In this document: positions 9,849 to 19,889 of the stretch, piece after piece
Position numbering within the stretch: position 1 is the stretch's first letter
How the letters are laid out: each line of letters begins with the position of its first letter
Assembly (NCBI GenBank): GCA_900541665.1
Contig: UQKV01000005.1
Coordinates: forward strand, 962 to 64,961
Source: an uncultured Collinsella sp.
GTDB taxonomy: Bacteria > Actinomycetota > Coriobacteriia > Coriobacteriales > Coriobacteriaceae
Direction: 5' to 3'
Length of the DNA: 64,000 bases
Notes under the pieces: generated by a model
What the model saw: only the letters and a program-made list of their open reading frames with translations
Databases searched by the model: none
What the model was told of the DNA's origin: nothing
Translations under genes and position numbers: made by a program

Positions 9849-12089
9849 TTAGTCAAACAAACTCGGCATGTCGTTTTCTTTCATGAGGGCACCGGCGGAG
9901 GGGAGGCTCTGCGCGGTGAACTTCTCGGCCGAGACGCCGGCGCCAAGGATCTCCTCGGTTGTGCCGACGGTGGTAACCGAGCGGCCCTTCTTGGCCGTAA
10001 AGGCCTGGACGCCCTGCGTGTTGGTGGTCGTCTTGGTCTTGAGCAACGACGTGTTGAAGTTCATCAGGCGGTAGTCGCTCGAGACCAGCGCGAGGTCGCG
10101 GTCCTCCTTAAGCACCTGGGCATACAGCAGTTTGCTGCCGCCGTAGATGGCGTTCTTGAGGCGCTTGCGGTTGGTCTTGGTGACGTATCCGGCAAGTGCG
10201 ACGCGCACCACGCGGCCGTTCTCAAAGACAAACAGCACGTCGGCCTTGTAGTCCTCGGGGTCGATGACCCAGATGACGCTCTCGTCGGGTTCCATCTCAA
10301 GATCAGTCGGCAGGTACGAGCCCAGCTGGGCCGACTTGGTGTCCTCAAACGCCGCAACCTTGCACTTGTATACCTGGCTCTTGTTGGTAAAGACCAGCAG
10401 CTCGTGCGTGTTGGAGGACGGGAACTCGATAAAGGGTTTGTCGCCGTCCTTGTACTTGAGCGTGGTCGCCTTCTTGAGTACGCGGTCCGTCATCTTCTTA
10501 AGGTAGCCATCGCGCGAGAGCATGATGGTGACCGGGTACTCCTCGACCTCGGGTTCCAAGCTCACCTCGATGACCTCATGGGGCTCGATCCTGCCCGTGC
10601 GACGCGGCATCACATATTTCTTGTTGACCGCGGCCAACTCGTCGCTGATGACCTTCTTGATGTTGTCTTCGCTCGAGAGAATCTCCTCCAGCTCGGCAAT
10701 CTCGCCCTCAAGCTTGGCGATGTCCTTGGTGCGGTTGAGGATGTACTCCTCGTTGATGTTGCGGAGCTTAAGCTCGGCAACAAACTCGGCCTGGGTCTCG
10801 TCGATGTCGAAGCCCTTCATAAGGTTGGGCACGACCTCGGCCTCGAGCTTAGTGCCGCGGATGATGGCGATAGCCTTGTCGATGTCGAGCAGAATCGCCT
10901 CGAGGCCGTGCAGCAGGTGCAGGCGCTCGGACTTTTTTCCCAGGTCATAGTTAATGCGGCGACGCGTGGACTCAATACGCCACTTGACCCACTCGTGCAG
11001 AATCTGGCGCACGCCCATAACACGGGGATATCCGTCGACGAGCACGTTAAAGTTGCACGAGAACGAATCCTGAAGCGTGGTCGAGCGATAGAGCTTCGCC
11101 ATGAGCTTGTCGGGGTCGACGCCGCGCTTAAGGTCGATAGCGATGCGCAGACCCGAAAGGTCGGTCTCGTCGCGGATGTCGGCAATCTCCTTGACCTTGC
11201 CCTCCTTGGAGAGCTTGACGATGCGCTCGATGATGACATCGGTCTTGGTGGTGTAGGGGATCTCGTACACCTCGATGATGCGCTCTTCGGGAATCCAGCG
11301 CCAGCGGGAGCGAATTTGGAAGCTGCCAAGGCCGGTTTCGATAATCTTTTCCATCTCCTCGCGGCGGTAGATGATCTCGCCGCCGGTCGAGAAGTCGGGC
11401 ATGGGCATATATTCGAGCAGGTCGCAGTCGGGATCCTGCAGGTAGTGCATGGTGGCGGTGCAGACCTCGTTGAGGTTGAAACCGCAGATGTCGGACGCCA
11501 TGGCGACGCCGATGCCCTTGTTGGCCGAGACGAGGATGTTGGGGAACGTGGTAGGCAGCAGGCGCGGTTCCTTCATAGCGCCGTCGTAGCTGTCGACGAA
11601 GTCGACCGGGTCCTTGTCGATGTCCTTGAAGATCTCGGCGCTGATGGGGGAGAGCTTGGCCTCGGTATAACGCGAGGCGGCGTAGCTCAGGTCGCCCGAA
11701 TAGTACTTGCCAAAGTTGCCCTTCGACTCCACGAAGGGGGCAAGCAGCGCTTCGTTGCCCGTCGCCAGGCGCACCATCGTCTCGTAGATCGCGGCGTCAC
11801 CGTGCGGGTTGAGCTTCATGGTCTGGCCCACGATGTTGGCGCTCTTCTGGCGCTCTCCCTTGAGCAGGCCCATCTTGTACATGGTGTAGAGCAGCTTGCG
11901 GTGCGAGGGCTTAAAGCCGTCGATCTCGGGGAATGCACGCGAGACGTTGACGCTCATAGCGTAGGGCATGTAGTTGACCTCGAGCGTCTGCGTGATCGGC
12001 TGGTCGGTGACCTCGGAGTGCAGGCCAATGACGTTCTCGGCGTTGACTTGCTTTTTCTTTGGCTGGTTCTTCGTCTTCTTCTTTGCCAC
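9849..12089 (-). CDS. parC: type IIA topoisomerase subunit A, ParC-like (topoisomerase IV A)
   Basis: The N-terminus matches the GyrA/ParC breakage-reunion domain ([26 protein letters not shown]). The 745-aa length with a short CTD and no GyrA-box (QRRGGKG) favours ParC over GyrA. Confidence 0.8.
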   Translation of the reverse strand: MAKKKTKNQPKKKQVNAENVIGLHSEVTDQPITQTLEVNYMPYAMSVNVSRAFPEIDGFKPSHRKLLYTMYKMGLLKGERQKSANIVGQTMKLNPHGDAAIYETMVRLATGNEALLAPFVESKGNFGKYYSGDLSYAASRYTEAKLSPISAEIFKDIDKDPVDFVDSYDGAMKEPRLLPTTFPNILVSANKGIGVAMASDICGFNLNEVCTATMHYLQDPDCDLLEYMPMPDFSTGGEIIYRREEMEKIIETGLGSFQIRSRWRWIPEERIIEVYEIPYTTKTDVIIERIVKLSKEGKVKEIADIRDETDLSGLRIAIDLKRGVDPDKLMAKLYRSTTLQDSFSCNFNVLVDGYPRVMGVRQILHEWVKWRIESTRRRINYDLGKKSERLHLLHGLEAILLDIDKAIAIIRGTKLEAEVVPNLMKGFDIDETQAEFVAELKLRNINEEYILNRTKDIAKLEGEIAELEEILSSEDNIKKVISDELAAVNKKYVMPRRTGRIEPHEVIEVSLEPEVEEYPVTIMLSRDGYLKKMTDRVLKKATTLKYKDGDKPFIEFPSSNTHELLVFTNKSQVYKCKVAAFEDTKSAQLGSYLPTDLEMEPDESVIWVIDPEDYKADVLFVFENGRVVRVALAGYVTKTNRKRLKNAIYGGSKLLYAQVLKEDRDLALVSSDYRLMNFNTSLLKTKTTTNTQGVQAFTAKKGRSVTTVGTTEEILGAGVSAEKFTAQSLPSAGALMKENDMPSLFD

Positions 12090-12134
12090 GATTTCCTCTT
12101 GAACTTCTTATGGGCCGTCGTTATCGATTCGCTG

Positions 12135-14132
12135 CTACTGCAGGTCCAGCTGGTCCAGGTATTCCTTGCCGTGCTCGGAGATGTGGCGCTTACGGCCCGC
12201 CTCGTCGTTGCCCAGCAACAGGTTAAACATGGTCTCCATCTTGGTGACGTCCTCGGGCTCCACCTTAATCAGACGACGTGTCTCGGGGTTCATGGTGGTG
12301 AGCCACATCATGTCCGGATCGTTCTCACCAAGACCCTTGGAGCGGTTGATGGAGCACTTTTGGTCGCCAATCTCCTTGAGGATGCCGTTCTTCTCGAGTT
12401 CGGTGTAGGCAAAGTAGGTCTTCTCTTTGCAGTTGATCTCGTAGAGCGGCGACTCGGCGATATACACGTAGCCCTCGTCGATAAGCGTGGGCACCAGGCG
12501 GTAGAGCATGGTGAGCACGAGCGTGCGGATGTGATAACCGTCGACGTCGGCGTCCGTACAGATGATGACCTTGTTCCAGTTGAGGTTGTCCAGGTCGAAG
12601 GCGCCCAGGTTCTTGATGCGCTTGTCCTTGATCTCCACGCCACAGCCAAGCACGCGCATAAGGTCCATGATGATGTCGGACTTAAAGATGCGCGGATAGT
12701 CCTCCTTCAGGCAGTTGAGGATCTTGCCGCGGACGGGCATAACGCCCTGGAACTCGGCATCGCGCGAGGTGCGGATGGCGCCTGCTGCCGAGTCGCCCTC
12801 TACGATGTAGATCTCGCGACGGTTCTTATCTTTGGAGCGGCAGTCGATGAACTTCTGCACGCGGTTGGCCATGTCGGTCTTCTGCTGCAGGTTGGTTTTG
12901 ATGCTCTGGCGCGTCTTCTCGGCGTTCTCGCGCGAACGCTTGTTGATGAGCACCTGCTCCATGATCTTGTTGGCAGCGTCTTTGTTCTCGATCAGGTAAG
13001 TCGAGAGGCGCTCCTTAAAGAAGGCCGTCATAGCCTGCTGGATAAAGCGGTTGTTGATGGCCTTCTTAGTCTGGTTTTCGTAGGACGTCTGGGTGGAGAA
13101 GCAGTTGGTCACCAGCACCAGACAGTCTTGGACATCCTGCCACTTAATGCCGCTCTCGTTTTTGTTGTACTTGCCCTGTTGCTTAATGTAGGCATCGATG
13201 GCGCTGGTCAGAGCGCTGCGGGCCGCCTTCTCGGGCGAGCCGCCGTTCTCGAGCCACGATGAGTTGTGGTAGTACTCCTGCATCATGAAGGTGCGCGAGA
13301 AGCACATGCATGCGGTGATTTTTACGTTGTAATCGGGCAGGTCTTCGCGATCGCGACCGCGGCGGTCGGCCTCGATAAAGAAGGGCTCGGTAAGGTAGTC
13401 GGTACCGACCTTCTCGAGCACGTAGTCCTCGATGCCCTTGGGATAGCAAAAGTCCTCTTCGGAAAACTCGCCATCGTCGCCTTCGATGCGCAGACGGAAG
13501 GTCACGTTGGCGTTGACCACGGCCTGGCGGCGCATGGTCTCGCGATACCAATCGTGGGGAATGCTGATGGAGGTAAAGACCTCAAGATCGGGACGCCACT
13601 TGATGGTGGTGCCGGTGCGGTTCTCGTCGCTGGGCTCAATCTCGAGTGCCTTCTTCTTGGCGCCGACAACCTTGCCCTTCTTAAAGTGCAGGGAGTACTT
13701 GTTGCCGTCGCGCCAAACCGTGACGTCCATGTACTCGGAGGCGTACTGGGTCGCGCACGAGCCCAGGCCATTGGTACCGAGCGAGAAGTCGTAGTCGCCG
13801 CCCTGGTTGTTGTTGTATTTGCCGCCGGCGTAGAGCTCGCAAAAGACGAGTTCCCAGTTAAAGCGCTTCTCGGAAGGGTTCCAGTCGAGCGGGCAGCCGC
13901 GGCCGTTGTCCTCTACCTGAATGGAGCCATCGCGAAAGGCGGTAAGGGTGATGAGCTTGCCGTAGCCCTGGCGCGCCTCGTCAACGGCGTTGGACAGGAT
14001 CTCGAAGGCAGCGTGTGCACAGCCATCGAGTCCGTCCGAGCCAAAGATGACGGCGGGGCGCAGGCGTACGCGCTCCTCGTCCTTGAGCTGGCGGATACTG
14101 TCGTTACCATAGTTTGCGGTGTTTTTTGCCAT
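12135..14132 (-). CDS. parE: type IIA topoisomerase subunit B, ParE-like (topoisomerase IV B)
   Basis: The GHKL ATPase, TOPRIM (EGDSAAG) and PLxGKxLN motifs are present. The 665-aa length and its position directly upstream of the A subunit are typical of Gram-positive parE-parC. Confidence 0.8.
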   Translation of the reverse strand: MAKNTANYGNDSIRQLKDEERVRLRPAVIFGSDGLDGCAHAAFEILSNAVDEARQGYGKLITLTAFRDGSIQVEDNGRGCPLDWNPSEKRFNWELVFCELYAGGKYNNNQGGDYDFSLGTNGLGSCATQYASEYMDVTVWRDGNKYSLHFKKGKVVGAKKKALEIEPSDENRTGTTIKWRPDLEVFTSISIPHDWYRETMRRQAVVNANVTFRLRIEGDDGEFSEEDFCYPKGIEDYVLEKVGTDYLTEPFFIEADRRGRDREDLPDYNVKITACMCFSRTFMMQEYYHNSSWLENGGSPEKAARSALTSAIDAYIKQQGKYNKNESGIKWQDVQDCLVLVTNCFSTQTSYENQTKKAINNRFIQQAMTAFFKERLSTYLIENKDAANKIMEQVLINKRSRENAEKTRQSIKTNLQQKTDMANRVQKFIDCRSKDKNRREIYIVEGDSAAGAIRTSRDAEFQGVMPVRGKILNCLKEDYPRIFKSDIIMDLMRVLGCGVEIKDKRIKNLGAFDLDNLNWNKVIICTDADVDGYHIRTLVLTMLYRLVPTLIDEGYVYIAESPLYEINCKEKTYFAYTELEKNGILKEIGDQKCSINRSKGLGENDPDMMWLTTMNPETRRLIKVEPEDVTKMETMFNLLLGNDEAGRKRHISEHGKEYLDQLDLQ

Positions 14133-14374
14133 ACTCGCTCTCTCGGTGCTCCTTTGCTGCGTTTAAGTCATATAGATAGTCAAGGTAGCATAGCCCAGCC
14201 CATAGGCGATTCCAACTAACACGAAATCCATCGAACAACCGTTCGGAGTTCGATGGAGATTCGTTTACTCGGACAAAACCGAGTCGGCTCTGTCCGAGTA
14301 AGTTTGAATAGCGAATCGAAATTGGTATGTCTGCATGGCGATGACAGACATGGTTTTCATAATGACAGATATAG

Positions 14375-14403
14375 TTGACATCTTTTGATTGATGCAATAT
14401 ATT
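14375..14403 (+). promoter_or_regulatory. near-consensus sigma70 promoter TTGACA-N17-TATATT for XRE gene, flanked by four TGACAGA-like operator motifs (14342-14431)
   Basis: TTGACA is at 14375-80 and TATATT at 14398-403. TGACAGAC/TGACAGAT motifs lie upstream, and inverted copies (TCTGTCA, TCTGTCC) lie downstream. Confidence 0.55.
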
Positions 14404-14451
14404 TCTGTCATGTTGCAACGGATATCTGTCCATATTTACGAAAGGAACTCC

Positions 14452-14682
14452 ATGCCGGGCAAAAAGAACCTACGCATGAAGGCGGCACGCGCGGCGGCTG
14501 GCCTTTCGCAAGCTGACTTAGCCCAAGCCGTGGGCGTTACGCGCCAAACTATCGGCCTTATCGAGGCAGGCGGCTACAACCCCACGCTCAATTTGTGCGT
14601 GGCAATCTGTAAGGCGCTGCGCGTTACGTTGAACGACTTGTTTTGGGAAGACGAAACCGACGCCGACCCTAATGCTCTTTAG
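14452..14682 (+). CDS. XRE-family helix-turn-helix transcriptional regulator
   Basis: LSQADLAQAVGVTRQTIGLIEAGGYNPTLNLCVAICKAL is a classic HTH_3 motif, with an AAAGGA RBS before the ATG at 14452. Confidence 0.8.
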   Translation: MPGKKNLRMKAARAAAGLSQADLAQAVGVTRQTIGLIEAGGYNPTLNLCVAICKALRVTLNDLFWEDETDADPNAL

Positions 14683-14691
14683 GAGTTCACT

Positions 14692-15276
14692 ATGAAATAT
14701 GAAGATCTGAAAATCGTGCAAAAGTGGCGTGAATATGCCGGCCCAAAGGATGAACGCCTGGAGGCTGAGAACGCGAAGATCTACAAGATTGGCTTCGTGC
14801 TGCTTTCGTTTGGCATGTTGATGATCTTTTTCTACCAGTTTATAGCTCGACAGGTTGCGTGGGTTCACAGCGACGCTAGTGAAATGCCGCATGGCTTTGC
14901 AACGCCGTTCGAGGCAGCCATGTATTTGTGGCTCGTTCTCGTGATGTTGATTTGCGCAGGACTGCAAACGCGGAAGGGCTATGTCGATACCAATCGTTTT
15001 GGGCAAACCGAGCATCTTCCTGTTGGATATTTCCTGCTTGTCAGCGGTCTTAGCGGCGCCGCGTTCGCGCTTGTTATTGCCGCAATGCGCTGTATCGCTG
15101 AGGCGCAGATCGTACCGCTCGAAAGCGTCTTTTGGTTGGCGAACCTGGCCACGGGCGTGTTCTGCGGTGCGACGATTTTCGCGGCCACGTTTGCTGGCCT
15201 GTGCGCAACGTTTTTCACGGCGAAAAGACGCCGTGCCAAGCTCGAGGCAGAACTCGACTCCTCTGACGACATCTAA
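14692..15276 (+). CDS. hypothetical 4-TM membrane protein co-transcribed with XRE regulator
   Basis: It lies 10 bp after the XRE stop and carries four hydrophobic segments. This XRE plus small-membrane-protein pairing is widespread in Firmicutes and Actinobacteria. Confidence 0.65.
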   Translation: MKYEDLKIVQKWREYAGPKDERLEAENAKIYKIGFVLLSFGMLMIFFYQFIARQVAWVHSDASEMPHGFATPFEAAMYLWLVLVMLICAGLQTRKGYVDTNRFGQTEHLPVGYFLLVSGLSGAAFALVIAAMRCIAEAQIVPLESVFWLANLATGVFCGATIFAATFAGLCATFFTAKRRRAKLEAELDSSDDI

Positions 15277-15365
15277 TTCGCAACGGGCTGGCTCTGGGTA
15301 TCCAGAACCAGCCCATTTGATGTTCGATGAGCCGAGCCGGCGTCTCTCGCAAAGGTAACTGAGAG

Positions 15366-18300
15366 CTAGTGAGGCTTATCAGAATTGACCTTATTAGCGG
15401 TATCGGTTTCGAGCGCCGTGCGGCGGGCACTGTAGGCGATAAGGCCGGCGCCTGCCGCGGCGAGTGCAGCAGCGGCTGCCGTAAGGGGAGCGTTGACATC
15501 GCCCGTGCCCGCAAGCGCGCCCGCTTTTCCGGAGCGCTTGTTATTGCCGTGGTCCTTGCCACTGCCGGAGCTGCTTCCGCCGGAGCCGCCGCCCTTGTCA
15601 GTACCGCCGCCACTCGAGCCACCATCGCCGCCCGTCGTCATCGGGGCGTCGTGAAGTCCTGTCGTATCCGCGCTGCCGCATACGCCGACCTGAACTTCTG
15701 AGCGCTCGCATGCCGCGTCGGGCACATGAAGCTCGTGCAGTACGGCACCCAGCGCCGAGTTTGCGCCCGGTCGAATTTCCTCGAGCGTTACGGGATCGAG
15801 CGCCACCAGATTACGCGCCTTCGCATACAGCGTTACGCGTTTGCCCACTTCGTCGCTCCAACTCTCGGGGATGGCGAAGCTCATGCGGAACTGTGCCGTG
15901 CAACCCGGTGCCAGCACGGCGTTGCCGTTGTCGGCTACCAGCGGGTGCGTTGCAAAAAGTGCGCCCAGCGTCTCGAGCGCGTACTTCACGTGTGCCATGT
16001 CGTTGGCCGAAGCATCCTCGGCGAGCTCCGGATCGTAGATCGATGCCATTCGTGCATTCGCTCCGAACCCGATGGATGCGCTGGAGAACGGCTGGCTGGA
16101 GCCCTCTCGGTACAGATCGATCGTGCCGGCGGTCAGCAAGGTGTTGCCGTCGTTTCGCACCGTGACCATGAAGGATTCGCCTGCTGCTCCGGGCACCACC
16201 GCGCCCGAGGTAGCGACCGCGCCCGTCGGAGTGGCACACGCCACCAAGGGTACTTCGATGCCGTGCAGCTCTGCCTCACTCTTCTCCGCGCTCACAATGT
16301 GCGTGGCGAGCGCGGAGAGCATGCCGCCCGACGTCAAAAATGTCGTTATCTGATCGACGGGATGGTCCAGCTCGCACATCACGAACGGCTCCGTGAACAG
16401 ATCGCCTGCCAAGGTGCTGGCGAAGATGCGGAAGTGCTTGTCCATCACTGCTACCGGGTTGCCTTCTTCGTCGTAGGTTTGTCCCACCTTGCCATCGGTG
16501 TTCTCTACATAGAGCACGCACCTGCCGTTGTTGCTTACGCTAAACGATGCCGGGCCACAGCCTGCGGCACCCACGGGCTGCGTTGCAAATGCCGATGCGC
16601 CTCGCGTCCAAGTAATATGTTGCAGTTGCTCGTTGACGGTTGCCAAAAAGCCCGAATGTTGTGGCCACGGCACCGCGTGGGGTACTGTGGCATCTGGCGA
16701 CATAACGCCCCAGCCCGCAATGGACTGGCCGATCACGGCGTACGATGCGCAGCCACAACCGCCTGCAGTCTCGTATGCAACGGGCACCACCATTTTGCCA
16801 TTGATATTCTCGGGCTCGCCCAGCTCGATACTCGATGGTGCTTGCGGAAAGCGAAGAACTTGGCGGAACGTCAGGCTGTCGCCCAAAACGTCCGACCACA
16901 GGGTAAAGCACTCCAGCGCAACCTCGGCCTCGCTGCCGAGCGCCTTCTCTGCGGTGGCTCCGTGGCGGTGGAGGTAGGCGCCCGACAGACGTCCGTCGAC
17001 AAGAGTCTTGCCCACCGTGATGCGTGGGCACTGCAGGCAATGGTAGCCATCCTCCTGAAGGTGGCCGCGCGAGATGCTGCGCCACGACGTGTGCGATACC
17101 ACGCGAACTCCGTCGTTGCTTATGCGCAGGCGTACAACGGACAGTATGCCGGCTGTGCTTGCCGTATCGAAAAGGGTGTTGTCGCCGGCGGGGCGCTCGC
17201 CCGAGACCAGCAGCACGTAGGCGTCCTGGTTTCCTCTTCCGTCCGTATATTCCACCACGTCGAAGTCGTAATCGTATATGCCGTCGCGCTCCACGTCGCC
17301 CTCGCCAAACCCAAGGGGAAAGTCCACGGGCGTGGGGATGGACCACGTGCCGTTTGCCTTTGTGTGCACCACCAGGCGCGAGCGGCCATTGTCGCCGTAG
17401 CGCACCGAGGCGATACGGAACAGGCATTCTACGCCGGCAATCATTGCCAGCTTCATGTGAGCTTCGCTGAGCACGCCGGAAAACAGCACGTTGTCGCTCG
17501 AGGGCTTGATGCCGCCACGCTCGTCCTCCGATACACCAGCAGAATTGGCGTTGGGGTCCGCAACGGCGTTCGTCGCCTGCCTGATATAGGTGTACTCATA
17601 CATCGGCGCGGCGTTTTCGTCGTTCTCTATCAGTGCATGGATGAAATGCTCAATCTGTCCCGTGTCGTCGCTCTCCGCGTCCGCCTCGAGCTCAATGCGC
17701 GTGACCGCTTGATCCCAATCGCGCACGACAGGCGCGACGTTTATCGCGGTGGCTGCAACCTCGGCGCGTGCGAGCAGCTCGGAATTGGTGACAATGGTGG
17801 CCGATGCGATAAATTGCGGCACGCCGCCCGCCTCGATGTTGCTGGGCGTGCCGAAGCGGGCATCCAACGTGTAAGGCGTATCTCCACCCAATGCGAGCTC
17901 AGAGCGCTGGAGCACATACTGGTTGCCATTGTTCACCGACATATTCCACGAATCGAGGAGTGTGGGCCACGACCCCGACCAAGCCTTGGTGGTCCACTTG
18001 AACATGACGAACTGGAGTATCACATCGACATCGACGTCTGCACCTACGCGCAGCCGCGGAAGCTGGTGTCCATCTGCCTTCTCGTACCCAATGAACAGCG
18101 TGAGGGATGCGGCGCCGCGCACGGCAGACGAAGCGACGCCTGCAACGCCGGCGCCAAAGGTGACGGCAAGCCCGATCTGGATGGTGAATGAGCCCGACGT
18201 GTTGGAATAGTCGAGCGAAATGTTTTTAAAAAACGCCGCGCCGCTGCCGTGCGTGTGGGCACCCACGGCGAGCGCCAGCTTCGCCAGCACCCAGGGGTTG

Positions 18301-19733
18301 ACGTTTAGGAAAAACGGCACCGGTCCTAGGGTAAACTGCTCGGTCCAATTGAGGTCGGTTCTTACCTGGAAGAGGGCCTTAATATTGCCGTATGCGGGGT
18401 CGTTGTTGTTACCCCAGGTTTTGCCCACCCAATCGTAGGCGAGCGAGCCGTACAGCTGTGTGGCGATATCCATCGTAAACAGCAGCGTGCAGTGGTGACG
18501 AAGCAGCTTGGTGTTTCTTGGATCGGTGCCCGAACCGGCACTCATACTCTTGTACTGATTCCACTTCCCCTCCATTTCGTCGAGGTAGCGGTTTGCCTGC
18601 TTGGCGCCCGACTCACGCGGCGATTTCTTCCAGTATTCCGGATCCGGATTGCCCGAATCGTTCATGTAGCCGACCGGTTTGTATCCTCCGCCAAACAGCA
18701 CGTATCCAGCAAACGAGAAATCGAAGAGGATCGGAAATGTGGGCATCCAACAGGTGAACTTGTTGCCGCCGATGCCGGGAAACGCCGCCGGGAAATCAAA
18801 GGGAGTAATCTCTTGGTCCATGGTAGTGGGGACGATAGTGGTCGAGCCCGATTCTGCCTTTGCGGCCGGCGCGGTGACAACGGCCATGGGGGAGGAGAGC
18901 GTGTAGGTTTTGCCCTGGTAGTCGAGCGCAAAGCGCAGCTTGCACCCTTCTTCCAGAAGACCCGATGCTGCGTCGAGGAACTTGTCTTCGAGTGTGAACG
19001 TGGCCAGATTATCCGCGCCCGATGCGCTGGCCTTGACTTGGCCGATCTGCGTGACGGTTTCGGATGAGCTGCCCGCGGCGGGCGTCACTTTGTTGATGCG
19101 CAGCGTTGCCTGTCCACCCTGTGGCAGATGCGCCTGCACGGTAAAGGCGTGCGTATCGGGCTGCTCGTTTGCCGTGTCGTTCTTCGGCAATGCCATAAAC
19201 GTGGCTTCAGCGTACTGGATGTCCCATTCGTCGAATGTGAGCTGGCGGAAGTACGGTTCGCCGTCGGAAAGCGGACGCGTGGGCGCGGTTATGGCGGTGC
19301 CGCCCTGGATACGCGCAAGGGGAATCTCGACATCACGGTAGCCCGCCATGCTAATGGAGATGCCGCCGTTAAAGTCGTACGCGTCGAGAAGCGTCGTCTC
19401 GTCCACGTAGCCTTCCGCAAGAGGGGCGACCTCAAAGATGGCCGTGCCCTCGTCGTCGGTAGTGGCGGCGAGTTGCTTGCCTGCGGCATAGCGCGATGTG
19501 AGCGTGACCTGGGCACCCGTGATGGGCGTATTCTTGTTGGCGACGTCGACCACGACCACACCAAACATGGTGCGCGAGAGAACGAGCACCCTGAAGGGGT
19601 CTTCTTCGTCGGCATAGGCTTCGGTGGGCGCGAACGGCAATATGAAGGCGTTTGCGCTTCCCGGCACGCGCGGCAACATAACGCTCGCCAGCGAGGACGC
19701 TCCGGCAACAAGTAACGAACGGCGATCAAGCAT
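15366..19733 (-). CDS. large Tat-exported, LAxTG (sortase class E-type) cell-wall-anchored surface protein
   Basis: Starting at ATG 19733, the N-terminus is MLDRRSLLVAGASSLASVMLPRVPGSANA, an RR Tat motif with an AxA cleavage site. The C-terminus has a Gly/Ser-rich linker, then LAGTG, a hydrophobic stretch and ARR. Apart from a possible Cna-B/prealbumin-like segment near the N-terminus, the 1455-aa body is not recognisable. Confidence 0.75.
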   Translation of the reverse strand: MLDRRSLLVAGASSLASVMLPRVPGSANAFILPFAPTEAYADEEDPFRVLVLSRTMFGVVVVDVANKNTPITGAQVTLTSRYAAGKQLAATTDDEGTAIFEVAPLAEGYVDETTLLDAYDFNGGISISMAGYRDVEIPLARIQGGTAITAPTRPLSDGEPYFRQLTFDEWDIQYAEATFMALPKNDTANEQPDTHAFTVQAHLPQGGQATLRINKVTPAAGSSSETVTQIGQVKASASGADNLATFTLEDKFLDAASGLLEEGCKLRFALDYQGKTYTLSSPMAVVTAPAAKAESGSTTIVPTTMDQEITPFDFPAAFPGIGGNKFTCWMPTFPILFDFSFAGYVLFGGGYKPVGYMNDSGNPDPEYWKKSPRESGAKQANRYLDEMEGKWNQYKSMSAGSGTDPRNTKLLRHHCTLLFTMDIATQLYGSLAYDWVGKTWGNNNDPAYGNIKALFQVRTDLNWTEQFTLGPVPFFLNVNPWVLAKLALAVGAHTHGSGAAFFKNISLDYSNTSGSFTIQIGLAVTFGAGVAGVASSAVRGAASLTLFIGYEKADGHQLPRLRVGADVDVDVILQFVMFKWTTKAWSGSWPTLLDSWNMSVNNGNQYVLQRSELALGGDTPYTLDARFGTPSNIEAGGVPQFIASATIVTNSELLARAEVAATAINVAPVVRDWDQAVTRIELEADAESDDTGQIEHFIHALIENDENAAPMYEYTYIRQATNAVADPNANSAGVSEDERGGIKPSSDNVLFSGVLSEAHMKLAMIAGVECLFRIASVRYGDNGRSRLVVHTKANGTWSIPTPVDFPLGFGEGDVERDGIYDYDFDVVEYTDGRGNQDAYVLLVSGERPAGDNTLFDTASTAGILSVVRLRISNDGVRVVSHTSWRSISRGHLQEDGYHCLQCPRITVGKTLVDGRLSGAYLHRHGATAEKALGSEAEVALECFTLWSDVLGDSLTFRQVLRFPQAPSSIELGEPENINGKMVVPVAYETAGGCGCASYAVIGQSIAGWGVMSPDATVPHAVPWPQHSGFLATVNEQLQHITWTRGASAFATQPVGAAGCGPASFSVSNNGRCVLYVENTDGKVGQTYDEEGNPVAVMDKHFRIFASTLAGDLFTEPFVMCELDHPVDQITTFLTSGGMLSALATHIVSAEKSEAELHGIEVPLVACATPTGAVATSGAVVPGAAGESFMVTVRNDGNTLLTAGTIDLYREGSSQPFSSASIGFGANARMASIYDPELAEDASANDMAHVKYALETLGALFATHPLVADNGNAVLAPGCTAQFRMSFAIPESWSDEVGKRVTLYAKARNLVALDPVTLEEIRPGANSALGAVLHELHVPDAACERSEVQVGVCGSADTTGLHDAPMTTGGDGGSSGGGTDKGGGSGGSSSGSGKDHGNNKRSGKAGALAGTGDVNAPLTAAAAALAAAGAGLIAYSARRTALETDTANKVNSDKPH

Positions 19734-19889
19734 CTTTGGCTCCCATCCCGCAGGTATCGGTGGAAATAATCCAATTTTGCGAGAAGGTGCCCCGTGGTGG
19801 TAGTGCCGTTCAAGGGCCAAAATGTCCAAATTGATCGAGCGAAAGCGCCAGGACCCCAGAGCGCTTTCGATACGACGGGCAGTCTGCCG

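Noticed and set aside
9834-13262. 1142-aa + strand ORF
   Set aside because: It is entirely antisense to the parC-like and parE-like genes. Its low-complexity Val/Leu/Gly/Asp composition is typical of a GC-rich shadow frame.
9849-14132. Calling the pair gyrB/gyrA
   Set aside because: The A subunit lacks a GyrA-box and has a short CTD, and there is no dnaA/dnaN/recF context. ParE/ParC is the better fit, though it is not proven without a phylogeny.
15726-18191. 821-aa + strand ORF
   Set aside because: It is antisense to the surface-protein gene. The product is Arg/Cys/His-rich and shows no RBS or domain logic.
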